Positions 1 through 10,496 are shown, counted from the first letter of the stretch. The stretch: 64,000 nt of DNA from Bacteroidota bacterium (GCA_025359805.1 JANYDU010000030.1:22825-86824); one strand, 5' to 3'. Program-made: numbers and translations. Notes: a model not told the origin generated them from the letters alone.

Positions 1-2281
1 AATTTCTTCCGGTACTTGCATTAAAAAATGTTGAATTGCTTGGCAAAAAATCTTCACGTTGTGAGTAGTCAATTTTATATTTCAATGATGTACTATCCGC
101 ATTTCGTAAATAAAATGTAGTTTGATTGTATAAAAAACTTCCATTCAATAAACTATCATTCGCTCTTCTAAAACTACTTTTTTCTGTTTCATATTTTACT
201 CCAGTAATTAAAAAAAACAGCTTCCTATTATAATCTATTTTATATCTGTTTACATCGTTACTTAATAATTGTGATACAGTTTTATCTTTGGATGAAATCC
301 ATTCTGCTTCTGTTATCAAAGAGTTTTTACCAAAGCGTAAATTGGTTCCAGCAAAACTCTGCAAACCATTAAATGCAGAAGCCCTATCATAATATCCTAT
401 TTGATAATAAACTGTTCCAATACTTGATTTATTGATTGATGTTTTGGCTAAAAAAATATTTTCTTTATATCCAGTATCAGTTTTTTGTTGATTGTTTAAT
501 TGCCTATTCCAAGTTCTATCAAACTCTACATTTCTGTATCGTTCTATATACCTAAAATTTTGATCCACATATTCGTAACTATATTCAGTTTTAACATTCC
601 AAAAATTTTGTTGTTTGCTTTCTAATGGAATCATATTGCTTCCATTAAGTTTAAAACCATAACCTACATCATTGGATTTATCTAATGAAGAAAATAAATT
701 TTTATCATAATTAGATTGAGCCAATTCAACACTTAACGTTGAGTTTTTTATAGCCAACACATCTACTCCAACCGAAAGCATTTGCATTCGTTTAGGACTG
801 ATTAATAAGGTAACAGGTTCGTAATTCCCTTGTTTTACGCCATTTTGTGGAGCCACCCATTGAAATACTCTTCCGTTTGCAGCCGATTGAGACAAAATAT
901 AATTTCCACTTCCATTGCCAACAAATGAAAAATTTAATTGATAAAAAACACTATCCGAATTTGCATTATCAGTATACACATAAATTCCTGTATAGCCTGC
1001 GGTATCAATTTTTCTGTACAAAATTCTGCTGGTAGAAAATGTATTTGTTTTGGTTTCACTTGGAGCAAGTGCTTCATCTAAATGACCTCCAACAGAAGCT
1101 AAAATTGCAATGTTACTGTCTGTTAAATTTTGCAAAAGCGGTTGGCTTTTATTATCCTGTTCCATAAAATAATTAGCACGAATGCGGTATTCATTTTTTT
1201 GTTCAAACTCCGAATTGATATGAAAAACTGAACGTCCAAAATTTCTATCTGAATATTGAAACTCAATGATAATACGGCTATATTGAGTAATGATGCGTTT
1301 TGCCATAAAAATAATTTCACCCGAATTATAATCTATCACAAAATCATTTTGCTCACCACGTGTTAGTTTTTCTCCATCCAAATACACCGCTTCAGTTCCC
1401 GAAATAATGATAATAAAGGTTTCGCCATTGGTTCCACTCAATCGGTACGGACCTTGATTTCCTTCCACTCCATTTATAATATTTCTCGCAAATCGTCCAC
1501 GAGAAATTGCAGCTTCTGCACCAAAATTCAACACTCTATTTTTGCCCATATTAATTGCAGAACCAAACTGACCACCACGAGATTTTTTATAGTAATTCAT
1601 GAAATAACTATTTGCAGGACGTTTCATTTCAAAATCGCCCACTACCAGTTTTGTTTTATTCTTACTTAACTGAATAAACACTTTATCAAAATCTTGTAAC
1701 TGCTGTGTATTTCCTTCAGGTTGAATAGGATTATTATCATCACTTATTGCAGCTAAAATATCAATATCGTTATTAATTTTTCCGGCAATTTGTAAATTTA
1801 GATTTGAATTAAGCACTACGTTTTGGTTATTACCAAATGCCAAACCACGAGATAAACTCCCATTCATTTTTAGTCCATCATTTTTAAAAACATCATTTGC
1901 ATTTGATGTTGTTGGAGTGTATAAATATGGATTTCTAATTTCTTTAAATTCCTTTTGGATAATCTCTCTATCTTTATGCTGATAAGATTTTCCAATTGGA
2001 AGCTGCATCACTTTATACTGCACTTTAAGTTTGGAATTTTTGGGAATAGTGAGAAGAATGAGTGAGGAGGAAAAATAATCAATTGCAAAATCAACATTTT
2101 CTATAAACGATTTTTGTCCATCACTTAAAAAAACAGAACCCTTAAAAATTGTTGCCGAATCAAGTTGAGTAGTGTCTTGAGAAATAAAAATGTTTTTTGA
2201 TTGAATATTGCCTAATTGCTGTGCATGCAAAGCTGCAACACACGAAAAAAAAGCAATAACACACAAAAAAAAATTCCTCAT
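1..2281 (-). CDS. Large secreted, outer-membrane-type hypothetical protein; N-terminal ~760 aa only (3' end runs off the left edge)
   Basis: Absent from the ORF track because no stop lies inside the window. The ATG at 2281-2279 overlaps the TAA of the upstream kinase by 1 nt (TAATG). Hand translation starts MRNFFLCVIAFFSCVAALHAQQLGNIQSKNIFISQDTTQL, a signal peptide. I checked the frame as stop-free at 1-60, 601-660, 1201-1260 and 2161-2281. The sequence is rich in Asn/Ser/Tyr/Gly, as in beta-barrel or surface proteins. No family recognised. Confidence 0.75.
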   Translation of the reverse strand, partial: MRNFFLCVIAFFSCVAALHAQQLGNIQSKNIFISQDTTQLDSATIFKGSVFLSDGQKSFIENVDFAIDYFSSSLILLTIPKNSKLKVQYKVMQLPIGKSYQHKDREIIQKEFKEIRNPYLYTPTTSNANDVFKNDGLKMNGSLSRGLAFGNNQNVVLNSNLNLQIAGKINNDIDILAAISDDNNPIQPEGNTQQLQDFDKVFIQLSKNKTKLVVGDFEMKRPANSYFMNYYKKSRGGQFGSAINMGKNRVLNFGAEAAISRGRFARNIINGVEGNQGPYRLSGTNGETFIIIISGTEAVYLDGEKLTRGEQNDFVIDYNSGEIIFMAKRIITQYSRIIIEFQYSDRNFGRSVFHINSEFEQKNEYRIRANYFMEQDNKSQPLLQNLTDSNIAILASVGGHLDEALAPSETKTNTFSTSRILYRKIDTAGYTGIYVYTDNANSDSVFYQLNFSFVGNGSGNYILSQSAANGRVFQWVAPQNGVKQGNYEPVTLLISPKRMQMLSVGVDVLAIKNSTLSVELAQSNYDKNLFSSLDKSNDVGYGFKLNGSNMIPLESKQQNFWNVKTEYSYEYVDQNFRYIERYRNVEFDRTWNRQLNNQQKTDTGYKENIFLAKTSINKSSIGTVYYQIGYYDRASAFNGLQSFAGTNLRFGKNSLITEAEWISSKDKTVSQLLSNDVNRYKIDYNRKLFFLITGVKYETEKSSFRRANDSLLNGSFLYNQTTFYLRNADSTSLKYKIDYSQREDFLPSNSTFFNASTGRN

Positions 2282-5200
2282 TAAGTACTATTCTTAGGAA
2301 GTGTAATGGTAAACTCCGTTCCAATATCAACAACAGTTTTAAAACTAATATGCCCTCCCCCACTTTCAATCATATTTTTTACAATTGGAAGTCCTAATCC
2401 CATTCCACTTATTTTGGTACTAAAATAGGGCATAAAAATTTTCTCTGCTTGTTCAGAATTTATTCCACTTCCATTGTCATTAACGATGATGATAATGTTT
2501 TCATTGCTATCAATAACCGAAATGCCTACCCTTCCATTTTTATCTTCAGGAATTGCTTGAATGGCATTTTTAACTATATTTCCAATGCTTCGGCTTAAGT
2601 AGGAACGGTCAAATTCTATTTCAATATTTTCATTGCAAGCCAGTACAATTTTTGTTTCTGTATTCGCACTATATAATTCAACAACCTGACTTAATACATT
2701 ACCAACATTTAAATGCTCATAATTTGGAACAGGCATTTTTGCAAAGGATGAAAACTCAGTTGCCAATTCACTTAAACTATCAATTTGATTGACTAATAAA
2801 TTGGTAGTGCGTTCAATTTTATCCTCCAAATTTGCATCGTTATTTTTAAACGCACGATGCAAATGTTGAATGCTCAATTTCATGGGTGTTAATGGATTTT
2901 TTATTTCATGAGCTATTTGTCTTGCAATTTCTCTCCATGCACCTTCACGTTCAGTTTCAGCGAGTTTTTTTGCGCTTTCTTCTAATTGGGCAATCATCGA
3001 ATTATACTGCTTTACCAATTCGCCAATTTCATCATCCCGTTGCCAACTAATGGGTTCATTTTTACTTCCTAATACGGTATGAGAAAGTTTTTGTTGAATG
3101 AGCGTTAATGGATAAGAAATATTTCGAGAAACTAAATATGCTATAACGCCAATGATGATAAAAAGCAAAACATACAAATTAATAAAGCCAACAATTACCG
3201 ATGAAATTTCGGCAAGCAAATCTGCTTTTTGACTAAAATAAGGAAGTTGTAAATACCCCAATACCTCTTGTTTATTTTTAAAAACAGGCGCATAAGCCGC
3301 TTGAAAATCTAAAGAAGCAATATATTCATCCTGACTAAACTGTGATTCCTTTAAAAAGTTAAGATGAAAAAATGCATTAGGATTCATTAATCCAGCAACA
3401 ATCCCTTCATCATAAATTTTCCCAATGCTCGATGCCATTACCTTTCCATCTGCCGCATACAAAGTTACATCCGTATCGTATACATCAGCAATTTGATTAA
3501 TAAATGCTTCCAACTCACTGGCAGTTCCCTGATTCATTTCAGTTATATTTTCATTTTCGATGGTGATAACCACATTGCGCAATTTTTTCATCAAGCGCTC
3601 CGTTTGGCGGTTATTATATTTTTGTGTAATAAATGAAATGGTAAAATAAGAAGTAAAGGCAAGCGTGATGAAAACAATAAAAATAATAGACGTTTGAATG
3701 CGTGTTCTAATGTATAAAATATCAGGGTTATCAATTAACATAAACCTGTTAAACACATTACGAATTTTAGTAATAATGTCATTATTAAACAATTTATATT
3801 GCCTAAAAAAGTGTGCATTTATTCCTATATAAACAAACAAAATTAAAATAAGAATAACTGTGCAAAACGTAAAAATAAAAGAGAATAAAGCAACTCCTTG
3901 CACAATAGAGTTAGAAGGTTTGCTCACTGCAATTGTTAAAGGTTGCTTATCAGTATAAAGTAAATGATCAAAATTATCTTGAGTAAAAAACCGGAAAGTA
4001 TCTTGTCCATCACCCCAAGTATTTGTAATTCGATAAGGATAATTTCCGCTCTGAAAAATCAAGTGTTTATCTTTATAAACAGCATAGGAATAATCATATG
4101 CTTTCTTTTTATTTTGACGAAACCCTTCAATCAATAATTCATCAAAACGATTTTCATCTTGTATTAGTTTAGGTTGAAGTAAGATAAATAAATAGCCTAC
4201 TTTTTTACCCGCTTTTTGAACAATAAATTTTGCTAAATATCCTTTAAAATTTGAACTGCTTTTTACAAATCTAAAATAGGTATCAATAGTTTCGAGAGTT
4301 TGTTTTTCATAGACATTATTTATTTGAGAAAAACTAAATGAGTTACGTTGTTTAAAGTGATATCCAAGCGTATCATAATCAAAAATACTCACATCAAACT
4401 TATTGAGGTAGCCTGTAAAATATAATTGTTTGATACGTTTTTCAAATTGAGATTTAATAATAATAGGGTTTTGAAAATAGTTGAAAATATTTTTATCCTC
4501 AGCTAATTTTTTTTCTGTAGATCTTAAAAAATAATCTGTGGTAATATCATTTTGGGTAACTAATTTTTCGGCAAATAATTTTCTATTTTCTTGCTCTTTA
4601 AAATTGAGCCAATGCGTAATATTTACTGCTGAAAAAATAGAGATGATAAATACCACTACAAAATATTGCTGAAAACGATTAAGCCTCGTGATTAAAAATT
4701 TAAATAATAAAAATGAAGCTAATAAAAACATGGAAATGAAAACTTGAAAAGCTTCATCAAGATGAAAAAGATGGGCGATAAAATAATACCCACAAACAAT
4801 TACAAGTGTAACAAAAATGATAGTAAAATTTTGCTGATTGCTATTTCTCAAAATAATTCTCACAAAATTTCGGGCAATAAAATACACCGACAACAATTGA
4901 ATAATACTGATTACAATTCCAACATAGGTAAATAAATTGATGGACGAAACGTTATTGATATCGAATGAAATTTGAGAATCAATTGTTAAACTTTTAATAA
5001 AACTAAATGACGCTTGTGAAGCTATTAAACATAAAATTAATTGAAGAGAAAATTTTGTCCAAAACCATTTTCCATCATGATTTTTTCCCTTTTCTTTTCC
5101 CGTTCTGTTTTCTAATAAAATTAAATACCAAAAACCAATAAAAGAATCAATAAATAAATCTCCAAGTGATGGAAACCATAATGATGATGCATATACAGAA

Positions 5201-6003
5201 GGATCAAACAATTTTAACTCATAGATAAATGACGGGAGTTGATAATAAATATTAACCCATCTTATCAATCCAAAAAACAAGAAAAATAATGCTGAAGTAA
5301 CCCATAAATTAGTTTGAATATAATGTCTAATGATTACATGAATTATCAATAAATTACAAATCATAAAAAAGCAAATAAGCAAGACGATAATCATGCTCAA
5401 CTTTTCTGCGGATGAAAAAATTTGTAACGAAAAAAGATAATTGCCTGTTAAATCTTTTATATCAACAAAACCCTCAACTGATTTTGATAACATAAACCCT
5501 TCTTTAATAAAGGCTAATTCAGTATTAAATTTATTAGTAATATATTGGTTTTTGAAAGCATAATTTGTATTAATATTATAAAGAAGAACATAACAATAAG
5601 TACCATTAATGTTTTTATAGGCTAAATAATTTCCATTAATCCCTTGTAAATAATTAGCCCCAATTCTTAGTTCATTTAAGAATGGTTTGGCATTAATTTC
5701 ATTACTACTCCAAACAAATAAGGAATCATTATGATACACCTGAATGATAATATTTTCATTATTTGCAAGGGTTAATACACTACTCCAATTGCGTTGAAGG
5801 TTTGCCGAATCGGAAATTAGTTTTGTAGCAACTTTTACAAATGAGATTTCTTTATCAATAACAATTTGTTGCGCATCTTTATATGCTTTTGTGTGTGGCA
5901 ATTCTCTATCACCAATTTGTTTGTACTCAACGGAAACAAGTGTGGCAAAAGCAATAAAGCCAACCAATAATAATAACCAGTAATGTTTAAACTGTATTTT
6001 CAA
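2281..6003 (-). CDS. Sensor histidine kinase, 1240 aa, with a polytopic N-terminal sensor region and an NtrY-type HAMP/HisKA/HATPase_c core
   Basis: Many hydrophobic segments lie in the N-terminal ~900 aa. The H-box is AHEIKNPLTPMKLSIQHL. The C-terminus carries N, G1 and G2 ATPase motifs (NAIQA...DNGSGI...GMGLGL). No response regulator gene is adjacent. Confidence 0.85.
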   Translation of the reverse strand: MKIQFKHYWLLLLVGFIAFATLVSVEYKQIGDRELPHTKAYKDAQQIVIDKEISFVKVATKLISDSANLQRNWSSVLTLANNENIIIQVYHNDSLFVWSSNEINAKPFLNELRIGANYLQGINGNYLAYKNINGTYCYVLLYNINTNYAFKNQYITNKFNTELAFIKEGFMLSKSVEGFVDIKDLTGNYLFSLQIFSSAEKLSMIIVLLICFFMICNLLIIHVIIRHYIQTNLWVTSALFFLFFGLIRWVNIYYQLPSFIYELKLFDPSVYASSLWFPSLGDLFIDSFIGFWYLILLENRTGKEKGKNHDGKWFWTKFSLQLILCLIASQASFSFIKSLTIDSQISFDINNVSSINLFTYVGIVISIIQLLSVYFIARNFVRIILRNSNQQNFTIIFVTLVIVCGYYFIAHLFHLDEAFQVFISMFLLASFLLFKFLITRLNRFQQYFVVVFIISIFSAVNITHWLNFKEQENRKLFAEKLVTQNDITTDYFLRSTEKKLAEDKNIFNYFQNPIIIKSQFEKRIKQLYFTGYLNKFDVSIFDYDTLGYHFKQRNSFSFSQINNVYEKQTLETIDTYFRFVKSSSNFKGYLAKFIVQKAGKKVGYLFILLQPKLIQDENRFDELLIEGFRQNKKKAYDYSYAVYKDKHLIFQSGNYPYRITNTWGDGQDTFRFFTQDNFDHLLYTDKQPLTIAVSKPSNSIVQGVALFSFIFTFCTVILILILFVYIGINAHFFRQYKLFNNDIITKIRNVFNRFMLIDNPDILYIRTRIQTSIIFIVFITLAFTSYFTISFITQKYNNRQTERLMKKLRNVVITIENENITEMNQGTASELEAFINQIADVYDTDVTLYAADGKVMASSIGKIYDEGIVAGLMNPNAFFHLNFLKESQFSQDEYIASLDFQAAYAPVFKNKQEVLGYLQLPYFSQKADLLAEISSVIVGFINLYVLLFIIIGVIAYLVSRNISYPLTLIQQKLSHTVLGSKNEPISWQRDDEIGELVKQYNSMIAQLEESAKKLAETEREGAWREIARQIAHEIKNPLTPMKLSIQHLHRAFKNNDANLEDKIERTTNLLVNQIDSLSELATEFSSFAKMPVPNYEHLNVGNVLSQVVELYSANTETKIVLACNENIEIEFDRSYLSRSIGNIVKNAIQAIPEDKNGRVGISVIDSNENIIIIVNDNGSGINSEQAEKIFMPYFSTKISGMGLGLPIVKNMIESGGGHISFKTVVDIGTEFTITLPKNST

Positions 6004-6111
6004 ATGCGTTTAATTATTGATTTTACCCTCACCTTTTTAACACAAAAATCACGAATTATTTATTCGAAATTTAACTATTCAACTATTCACAGTTATGTAG
6101 CAAATAATTTT

Positions 6112-7074
6112 TTACCAACGTTTATTTGGCACTAAATAATGCTGCACATAATCCTTCACTCCGTCTTCAACTGTTGTAAACGTTTTTTTGTATCCAATGC
6201 TTTTTAGTTTATCCATTTTGGCTTCAGTAAAATATTGATATTTATCTCTTATATCTTCAGGAGTATCAACAAATAAAATATTGGAAGACTTGTTAAGAGC
6301 AACAAAGATGGCGTTTACCAAATCTTTAAAAGTACGTGCTTTACCCGATCCTAAATTATAAATGCCACTATTTTTCCTATGGTGCATCAAATAAATACAC
6401 ACATCAACTAAATCTTTTACATAAATAAAATCACGCATTTGTTCTCCATCTTTAAAATTAGTATGATGTGAACGAAACAATTTTACTTCGCCATTTTTAT
6501 TGATTTGATTAAACGCATGAAAAACAACTGAAGCCATTCTATCTTTATGAAATTCATTTGGCCCATATACATTAAAAAATTTTAAACCAGCCCAAAAATA
6601 AGGCGACTCTTTTTGTTGAAGTGCCCATTTATCAAAATCATTTTTTGAACGACCATAAGGATTCATTGGTTTTAAATTTTCTAAATTTTTACCATCGTCA
6701 TATCCAAATTCTCCGTCACCATAAGTAGCCGCAGAAGATGCATATACCAATGGCAATCCATATTGAACACATTTATTCCATAGTTTTTTTGAAAAATCAA
6801 GATTTAATAGTTTAAAAATTTCTTCATCGGGTTCAGTGGTATCAGTGCGTGCTCCAATATGAAAAATAAATTCAACTTGATTTTCATTTTTATCAAGCCA
6901 ATTAAAAAAATCAGCGCGCTCAACTTTTGCAGAAATTATCTTACCTGTAATATTTTTTGCACGTTCGCCCTCACTAAAATCATCCACTAAAATGAGGTCG
7001 TTAAATCCATCTTCATTTAATTTTGCCACCAGACAACTGCCAATAAAACCTTCTGCTCCTGTTATTACAATCAT
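6112..7074 (-). CDS. hldD: ADP-L-glycero-D-manno-heptose 6-epimerase
   Basis: GAEGFIGS Rossmann motif, then YASSAATYG, FNVYGPNE.HK..MASV and RDFIYV. The C-terminal YQYFTEA...K...GY is colinear with E. coli HldD/RfaD. Confidence 0.8.
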   Translation of the reverse strand: MIVITGAEGFIGSCLVAKLNEDGFNDLILVDDFSEGERAKNITGKIISAKVERADFFNWLDKNENQVEFIFHIGARTDTTEPDEEIFKLLNLDFSKKLWNKCVQYGLPLVYASSAATYGDGEFGYDDGKNLENLKPMNPYGRSKNDFDKWALQQKESPYFWAGLKFFNVYGPNEFHKDRMASVVFHAFNQINKNGEVKLFRSHHTNFKDGEQMRDFIYVKDLVDVCIYLMHHRKNSGIYNLGSGKARTFKDLVNAIFVALNKSSNILFVDTPEDIRDKYQYFTEAKMDKLKSIGYKKTFTTVEDGVKDYVQHYLVPNKRW

Positions 7075-7149
7075 GATTAAGTATGCTTTAATTGCTCAAA
7101 AATAAGGATTCTTATCACAAATACATACGTTCTATTTGTCCCTCAAAAA

Positions 7150-7190
7150 CAAAAAAGAGTGCTCAACATAAAGCTGAACACTCTTTTGAT
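7150..7190 (-). terminator. Imperfect hairpin downstream of the DUF4920-like gene
   Basis: AAGAGTGCTCA (7155-7165) pairs with TGAACACTCTT (7175-7185) with one mismatch. On the minus strand it is followed by CTTTTTTGTTTTTG. Confidence 0.45.
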
Positions 7191-7207
7191 AAATACTATT
7201 AATTTAA

Positions 7208-7711
7208 CTAACGAAGAATAACCCCATTGGCTTCAAACACCAATTCTTTTTTAGGTTCTTTGATGGCTGCAATTTCTTCCTTTGATTTACCAGCATCTTT
7301 TGCGTATTCTTTTAAATCAGCAACTGATGTTTCTTCAATTTTGGCAACACCTTCTATTATCGCTTCTTTTCCTGAAGCATCTTTAGGCATAAAAAAGGCG
7401 TAATCTTTAAATGTAACACGCATCTTTTCATCACCATTTGTTAAATCCATCCAACATCCTTTTTTCTGACAAACAGCTTCAATTGGGGCAATTAATTTTA
7501 CGCTCAATTCTTTTTTATCTCCCATTAATGTTTTGAGTTCGGCAATAGGTTTTGCTCCATCATCAGTAATTTTATCTCCAAAAAATAATTCTGTTTTGGC
7601 TTCCACACTTGCTGTTGAATCCACAGTTGTTTTGTTTTCTTCGTGTTTTGGAGTTTGCTGCCCGCAGGCAAATAAAAAGGCTATACTGCCTAATACAATT
7701 ATTTTTTTCAT
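7208..7711 (-). CDS. DUF4920-like lipoprotein
   Basis: The track ORF is 7208..7732. The internal ATG at 7711 gives MKKIIVLGSIAFLFAC, a lipobox Cys. The KKGCWMDL motif is typical of DUF4920. Confidence 0.6.
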   Translation of the reverse strand: MKKIIVLGSIAFLFACGQQTPKHEENKTTVDSTASVEAKTELFFGDKITDDGAKPIAELKTLMGDKKELSVKLIAPIEAVCQKKGCWMDLTNGDEKMRVTFKDYAFFMPKDASGKEAIIEGVAKIEETSVADLKEYAKDAGKSKEEIAAIKEPKKELVFEANGVILR

Positions 7712-7764
7712 GCTATTTATTTTATGAAACAAAGTAAATGAAAAAACTTATTTTATCAGAATAT

Positions 7765-7796
7765 TTTGTTGGTTGAAACAAACACGTATATATTTG
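7765..7796 (+). promoter_or_regulatory. Bacteroidota sigma-A type promoter for tRNA-Cys
   Basis: TTTG (7765-7768), a 20-nt spacer, then TATATTTG (7789-7796), which matches TAnnTTTG. The box ends 10 nt before the mature tRNA 5' end. Confidence 0.5.
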
Positions 7797-7806
7797 CCAC
7801 CGAAAT

Positions 7807-7877
7807 GGTCTCGTGGCCGAGTGGCTAGGCTGAGCTCTGCAAAAGCTCCTACAGCAGTTCGAATCTGCTCGAGACCT
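7807..7877 (+). tRNA. tRNA-Cys (GCA)
   Basis: Folded by hand. Acceptor GGTCTCG/CGAGACC. Anticodon arm GAGCT-CTGCAAA-AGCTC, giving anticodon GCA. T arm AGCAG-TTCGAAT-CTGCT. 4-nt variable loop and discriminator U73. CCA is not encoded. Confidence 0.9.
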
Positions 7878-7881
7878 CATT

Positions 7882-7909
7882 AAAAGCTCCATTCGTGGAG
7901 CTTTTTTTA
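7882..7909. terminator. Bidirectional rho-independent terminator shared by tRNA-Cys (+) and the yqgE-like gene (-)
   Basis: AAAAGCTCCA-TTCG-TGGAGCTTTT hairpin flanked by an A-run and a T-run. It sits between the tRNA 3' end (7877) and the stop codon at 7910. Confidence 0.7.
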
Positions 7910-8488
7910 TTAATTCCAACTTGGATCTTCGGGGGAGTTTGCCATGTAAGCGTAATCTTCGCCAAGAGATTTTACAACATGTTTCCACATATTTTCTAAA
8001 TCATCATCAAAAATAATTTGATCATTACCTTCTGCAACCCACCAAGTTTTATCTTCAACTTCATCTTGTAATTGATTTGTTGCCCAACCAGAATAACCAA
8101 TGAAAAAACGAAATTGATTGGGTGTTACCCTTTTATTATTGAGTAAATCATTAATCATTTCAATATTTCCTCCCCAAAAAACTCCATTCGAAATTTCCTG
8201 CGCTCCTTCAATTAATACTCCTGCTGTGTGTATAAAATGGAGGGTGTTTGGCTCCACTGGACCTCCATAAAACAATGGAAAATTAACCTCCAATAAATCG
8301 GGAACTATTTCATTTGTGGTTGTAGCTAATAATCTGTTTAAAATAAATCCAACAGTTCCTTCATCATTATGATCGCCAATTAAAACAATACTTCTCCTAA
8401 ATTGAATATCATTTAAAAAAGGTTCACTAATAAGCAATCTTCCTTTTTGAGGTTCTAAAAAATTCGGTTTAATATTTAGTAAGTCCAA
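7910..8488 (-). CDS. YqgE/AlgH family (UPF0301) protein
   Basis: LLISEPFLNDIQFRRSIVLIGDHNDEGTVGFILNR and FFIGYSGW are characteristic of this family. Confidence 0.75.
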   Translation of the reverse strand: MDLLNIKPNFLEPQKGRLLISEPFLNDIQFRRSIVLIGDHNDEGTVGFILNRLLATTTNEIVPDLLEVNFPLFYGGPVEPNTLHFIHTAGVLIEGAQEISNGVFWGGNIEMINDLLNNKRVTPNQFRFFIGYSGWATNQLQDEVEDKTWWVAEGNDQIIFDDDLENMWKHVVKSLGEDYAYMANSPEDPSWN

Positions 8489-8588
8489 TTATGTTTCGAT
8501 ATACGATGAAATAAAAAAATGGGTTTAAACTTTACACGAAATAAAACAACAATTGAGAAGGATATAAACTATTCATCCACACTCTAAA

Positions 8589-8618
8589 TTGTGTTTGATG
8601 GTTAAAGATGTAATTTTG
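8589..8618 (+). promoter_or_regulatory. Candidate promoter for pdxH
   Basis: TTG (8589-8591), a 19-nt spacer, then TAATTTTG (8611-8618). The box ends 19 nt before the ATG at 8638. Confidence 0.35.
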
Positions 8619-8637
8619 CTTCCAAAATTAATAGATT

Positions 8638-9291
8638 ATGAATGTGTTGCCTAAAAATATTGCTAATTTAAGAGTAGATTATTCATTAAAAAATTTTGAT
8701 GAAAAAGACGTGCAGAAAAATCCTTTTCAACAATTTTCGCTATGGCTTAATGAAGCCATTGAAGCAGAAGTGAATGAACCTAATGCCATGACATTAGGCA
8801 CAGTTAAGCCTGATGGAAGACCATCCGCAAGAATAGTATTATTAAAAGGATTAGATGAAAACGGGTTTATTTTTTATACCAATTACAAAAGCAATAAAGG
8901 AAATGAGATAGCGCAAAACTCAAATGTGGCTATTGTATTTTGTTGGCTTGAATTGCAAAGACAAGTGAGAATTGAAGGCATTGCAAAAAAAATATCATCC
9001 CAACAATCTGATGAATATTTTAATAGCCGACCACATAAAAGTAAAATTGGCGCACATGCTTCTCCCCAAAGTGATGTAATTATAAACAGAGAAGTTCTTG
9101 AAAAACAATTTGCTGAATTTGAAAAACTATTTAGTGAACAACCTATTATTAGACCCGAACATTGGGGAGGATATTTGGTAGAACCTACATCTATCGAATT
9201 TTGGCAAGGCAGACAAAGCCGTCTTCATGATCGATTTTTATATTCAAAACAATCCAATAATAGTTGGGAAATTAACAGACTTGCACCCTAA
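8638..9291 (+). CDS. pdxH: Pyridoxamine 5'-phosphate oxidase
   Basis: RPSARIVLLKG...FYTNY.S.KG and the C-terminal IEFWQGRQSRLHDRF motif. Confidence 0.9.
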   Translation: MNVLPKNIANLRVDYSLKNFDEKDVQKNPFQQFSLWLNEAIEAEVNEPNAMTLGTVKPDGRPSARIVLLKGLDENGFIFYTNYKSNKGNEIAQNSNVAIVFCWLELQRQVRIEGIAKKISSQQSDEYFNSRPHKSKIGAHASPQSDVIINREVLEKQFAEFEKLFSEQPIIRPEHWGGYLVEPTSIEFWQGRQSRLHDRFLYSKQSNNSWEINRLAP

Positions 9292-9375
9292 TATTTTTGA
9301 GAACAGGCTGAGATTGCAACCTTTTAATATAATTTTCTTTTCTTTGTTGTAGCGTAACCAATTTTATACACCTTT

Positions 9376-10494
9376 ATGCAAAATATTATTCTGTCGTTTT
9401 TAACAGCACTTTTAGTAGTGATATTTGGCATTCCATCTATCATCACGGTAGCTAAATTAAAAGGATTGTATGATAAACCCGATAAAAGAAAATTGCATAC
9501 TGCTAAAATTCCCCGATTAGGAGGATTAGCAATAGTGGCAGGTTTTTCAATAGCAGTAAGTATTTGGGGAATTGCAGATGGAATGAGCCGATTACAATAT
9601 TTACAAGCATCGCTTATCATTTTATTTTTCTCAGGTTTAAAAGACGATATCATTATTCTTTCTCCAATAAAAAAACTAGTAAGTCAGCTTTTGGCAACTG
9701 CAATTACCATTGTAGGTGAAGATATTAGAATTACAAGTTTTTACGGATTATTTGGCATCAATGAAATTCCGATTTGGGCAGGATTTGCACTCACTCTTTT
9801 TACGATAGTTGTTATTACAAATGCCTTCAATTTAATTGATGGTGTAGATGGTTTAGCTGGAGGTTTAGGATTTATAATTTCGGTAACTTTTGGCTTGTGG
9901 TTTAATTTTATAGATCAAACGGGTTGGGCAATTTTAGCATTTGGTTTAGCAGGAGCATTATTAGGCTTTTTAGTATTTAATTTTAATCCCGCAAAAATTT
10001 TTATGGGCGATTCAGGTTCTATCACTACAGGTTTTTTGATTGCCGTTTTTGCTATCAGGTTTATTGAGTTTAATAGTCCGGGTGTTGAAAATTCTTATAA
10101 AATATTATCAGCACCTGCCATTGCTGTAGCCATTCTTATTATTCCATTGTTTGATACATTAAGAGTTTTTATTGTTAGATTATTGAAGAAAAAATCACCG
10201 TTTTCACCAGATCAAAATCACTTACATCACTCACTTATTAAAATTGGTTTAGGGCATAAAGAAGTTTCGTTAGTCATGTATATTGTAAATGTTTTATTTG
10301 TGTTGATGGCATTTATGCTTAAAGATAGTTCTACGCTAACTATTTTATTAATTGTAGGCACCCTCGCATTTGTGTTATCTCAAATACCTGTTTATATTCT
10401 TAGTCATAGAATTGCAGATTTGGAAGCAGAGCAAAACACTCCAATTGCACAACAAATTGAGGAGCATATCAAATCGAAAGACATCAATAATTGA
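9376..10494 (+). CDS. Glycosyltransferase family 4 (MraY/WecA-like) polyprenyl-phosphate sugar-1-phosphate transferase
   Basis: Polytopic membrane protein with NAFNLIDGVDGLAGG and FMGDSGS motifs. Confidence 0.8.
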   Translation: MQNIILSFLTALLVVIFGIPSIITVAKLKGLYDKPDKRKLHTAKIPRLGGLAIVAGFSIAVSIWGIADGMSRLQYLQASLIILFFSGLKDDIIILSPIKKLVSQLLATAITIVGEDIRITSFYGLFGINEIPIWAGFALTLFTIVVITNAFNLIDGVDGLAGGLGFIISVTFGLWFNFIDQTGWAILAFGLAGALLGFLVFNFNPAKIFMGDSGSITTGFLIAVFAIRFIEFNSPGVENSYKILSAPAIAVAILIIPLFDTLRVFIVRLLKKKSPFSPDQNHLHHSLIKIGLGHKEVSLVMYIVNVLFVLMAFMLKDSSTLTILLIVGTLAFVLSQIPVYILSHRIADLEAEQNTPIAQQIEEHIKSKDINN

Positions 10495-10496
10495 TT

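Noticed and set aside
7722-7988. 88-aa minus-strand ORF in the track
   Set aside because: It runs antisense across tRNA-Cys and its terminator and overlaps the 3' end of the yqgE-like gene. Its composition is Arg/Cys-rich and non-protein-like. It is an artefact.
9324-9653. 109-aa minus-strand ORF
   Set aside because: It overlaps the 5' part of the MraY/WecA-like gene, whose motifs are unambiguous.
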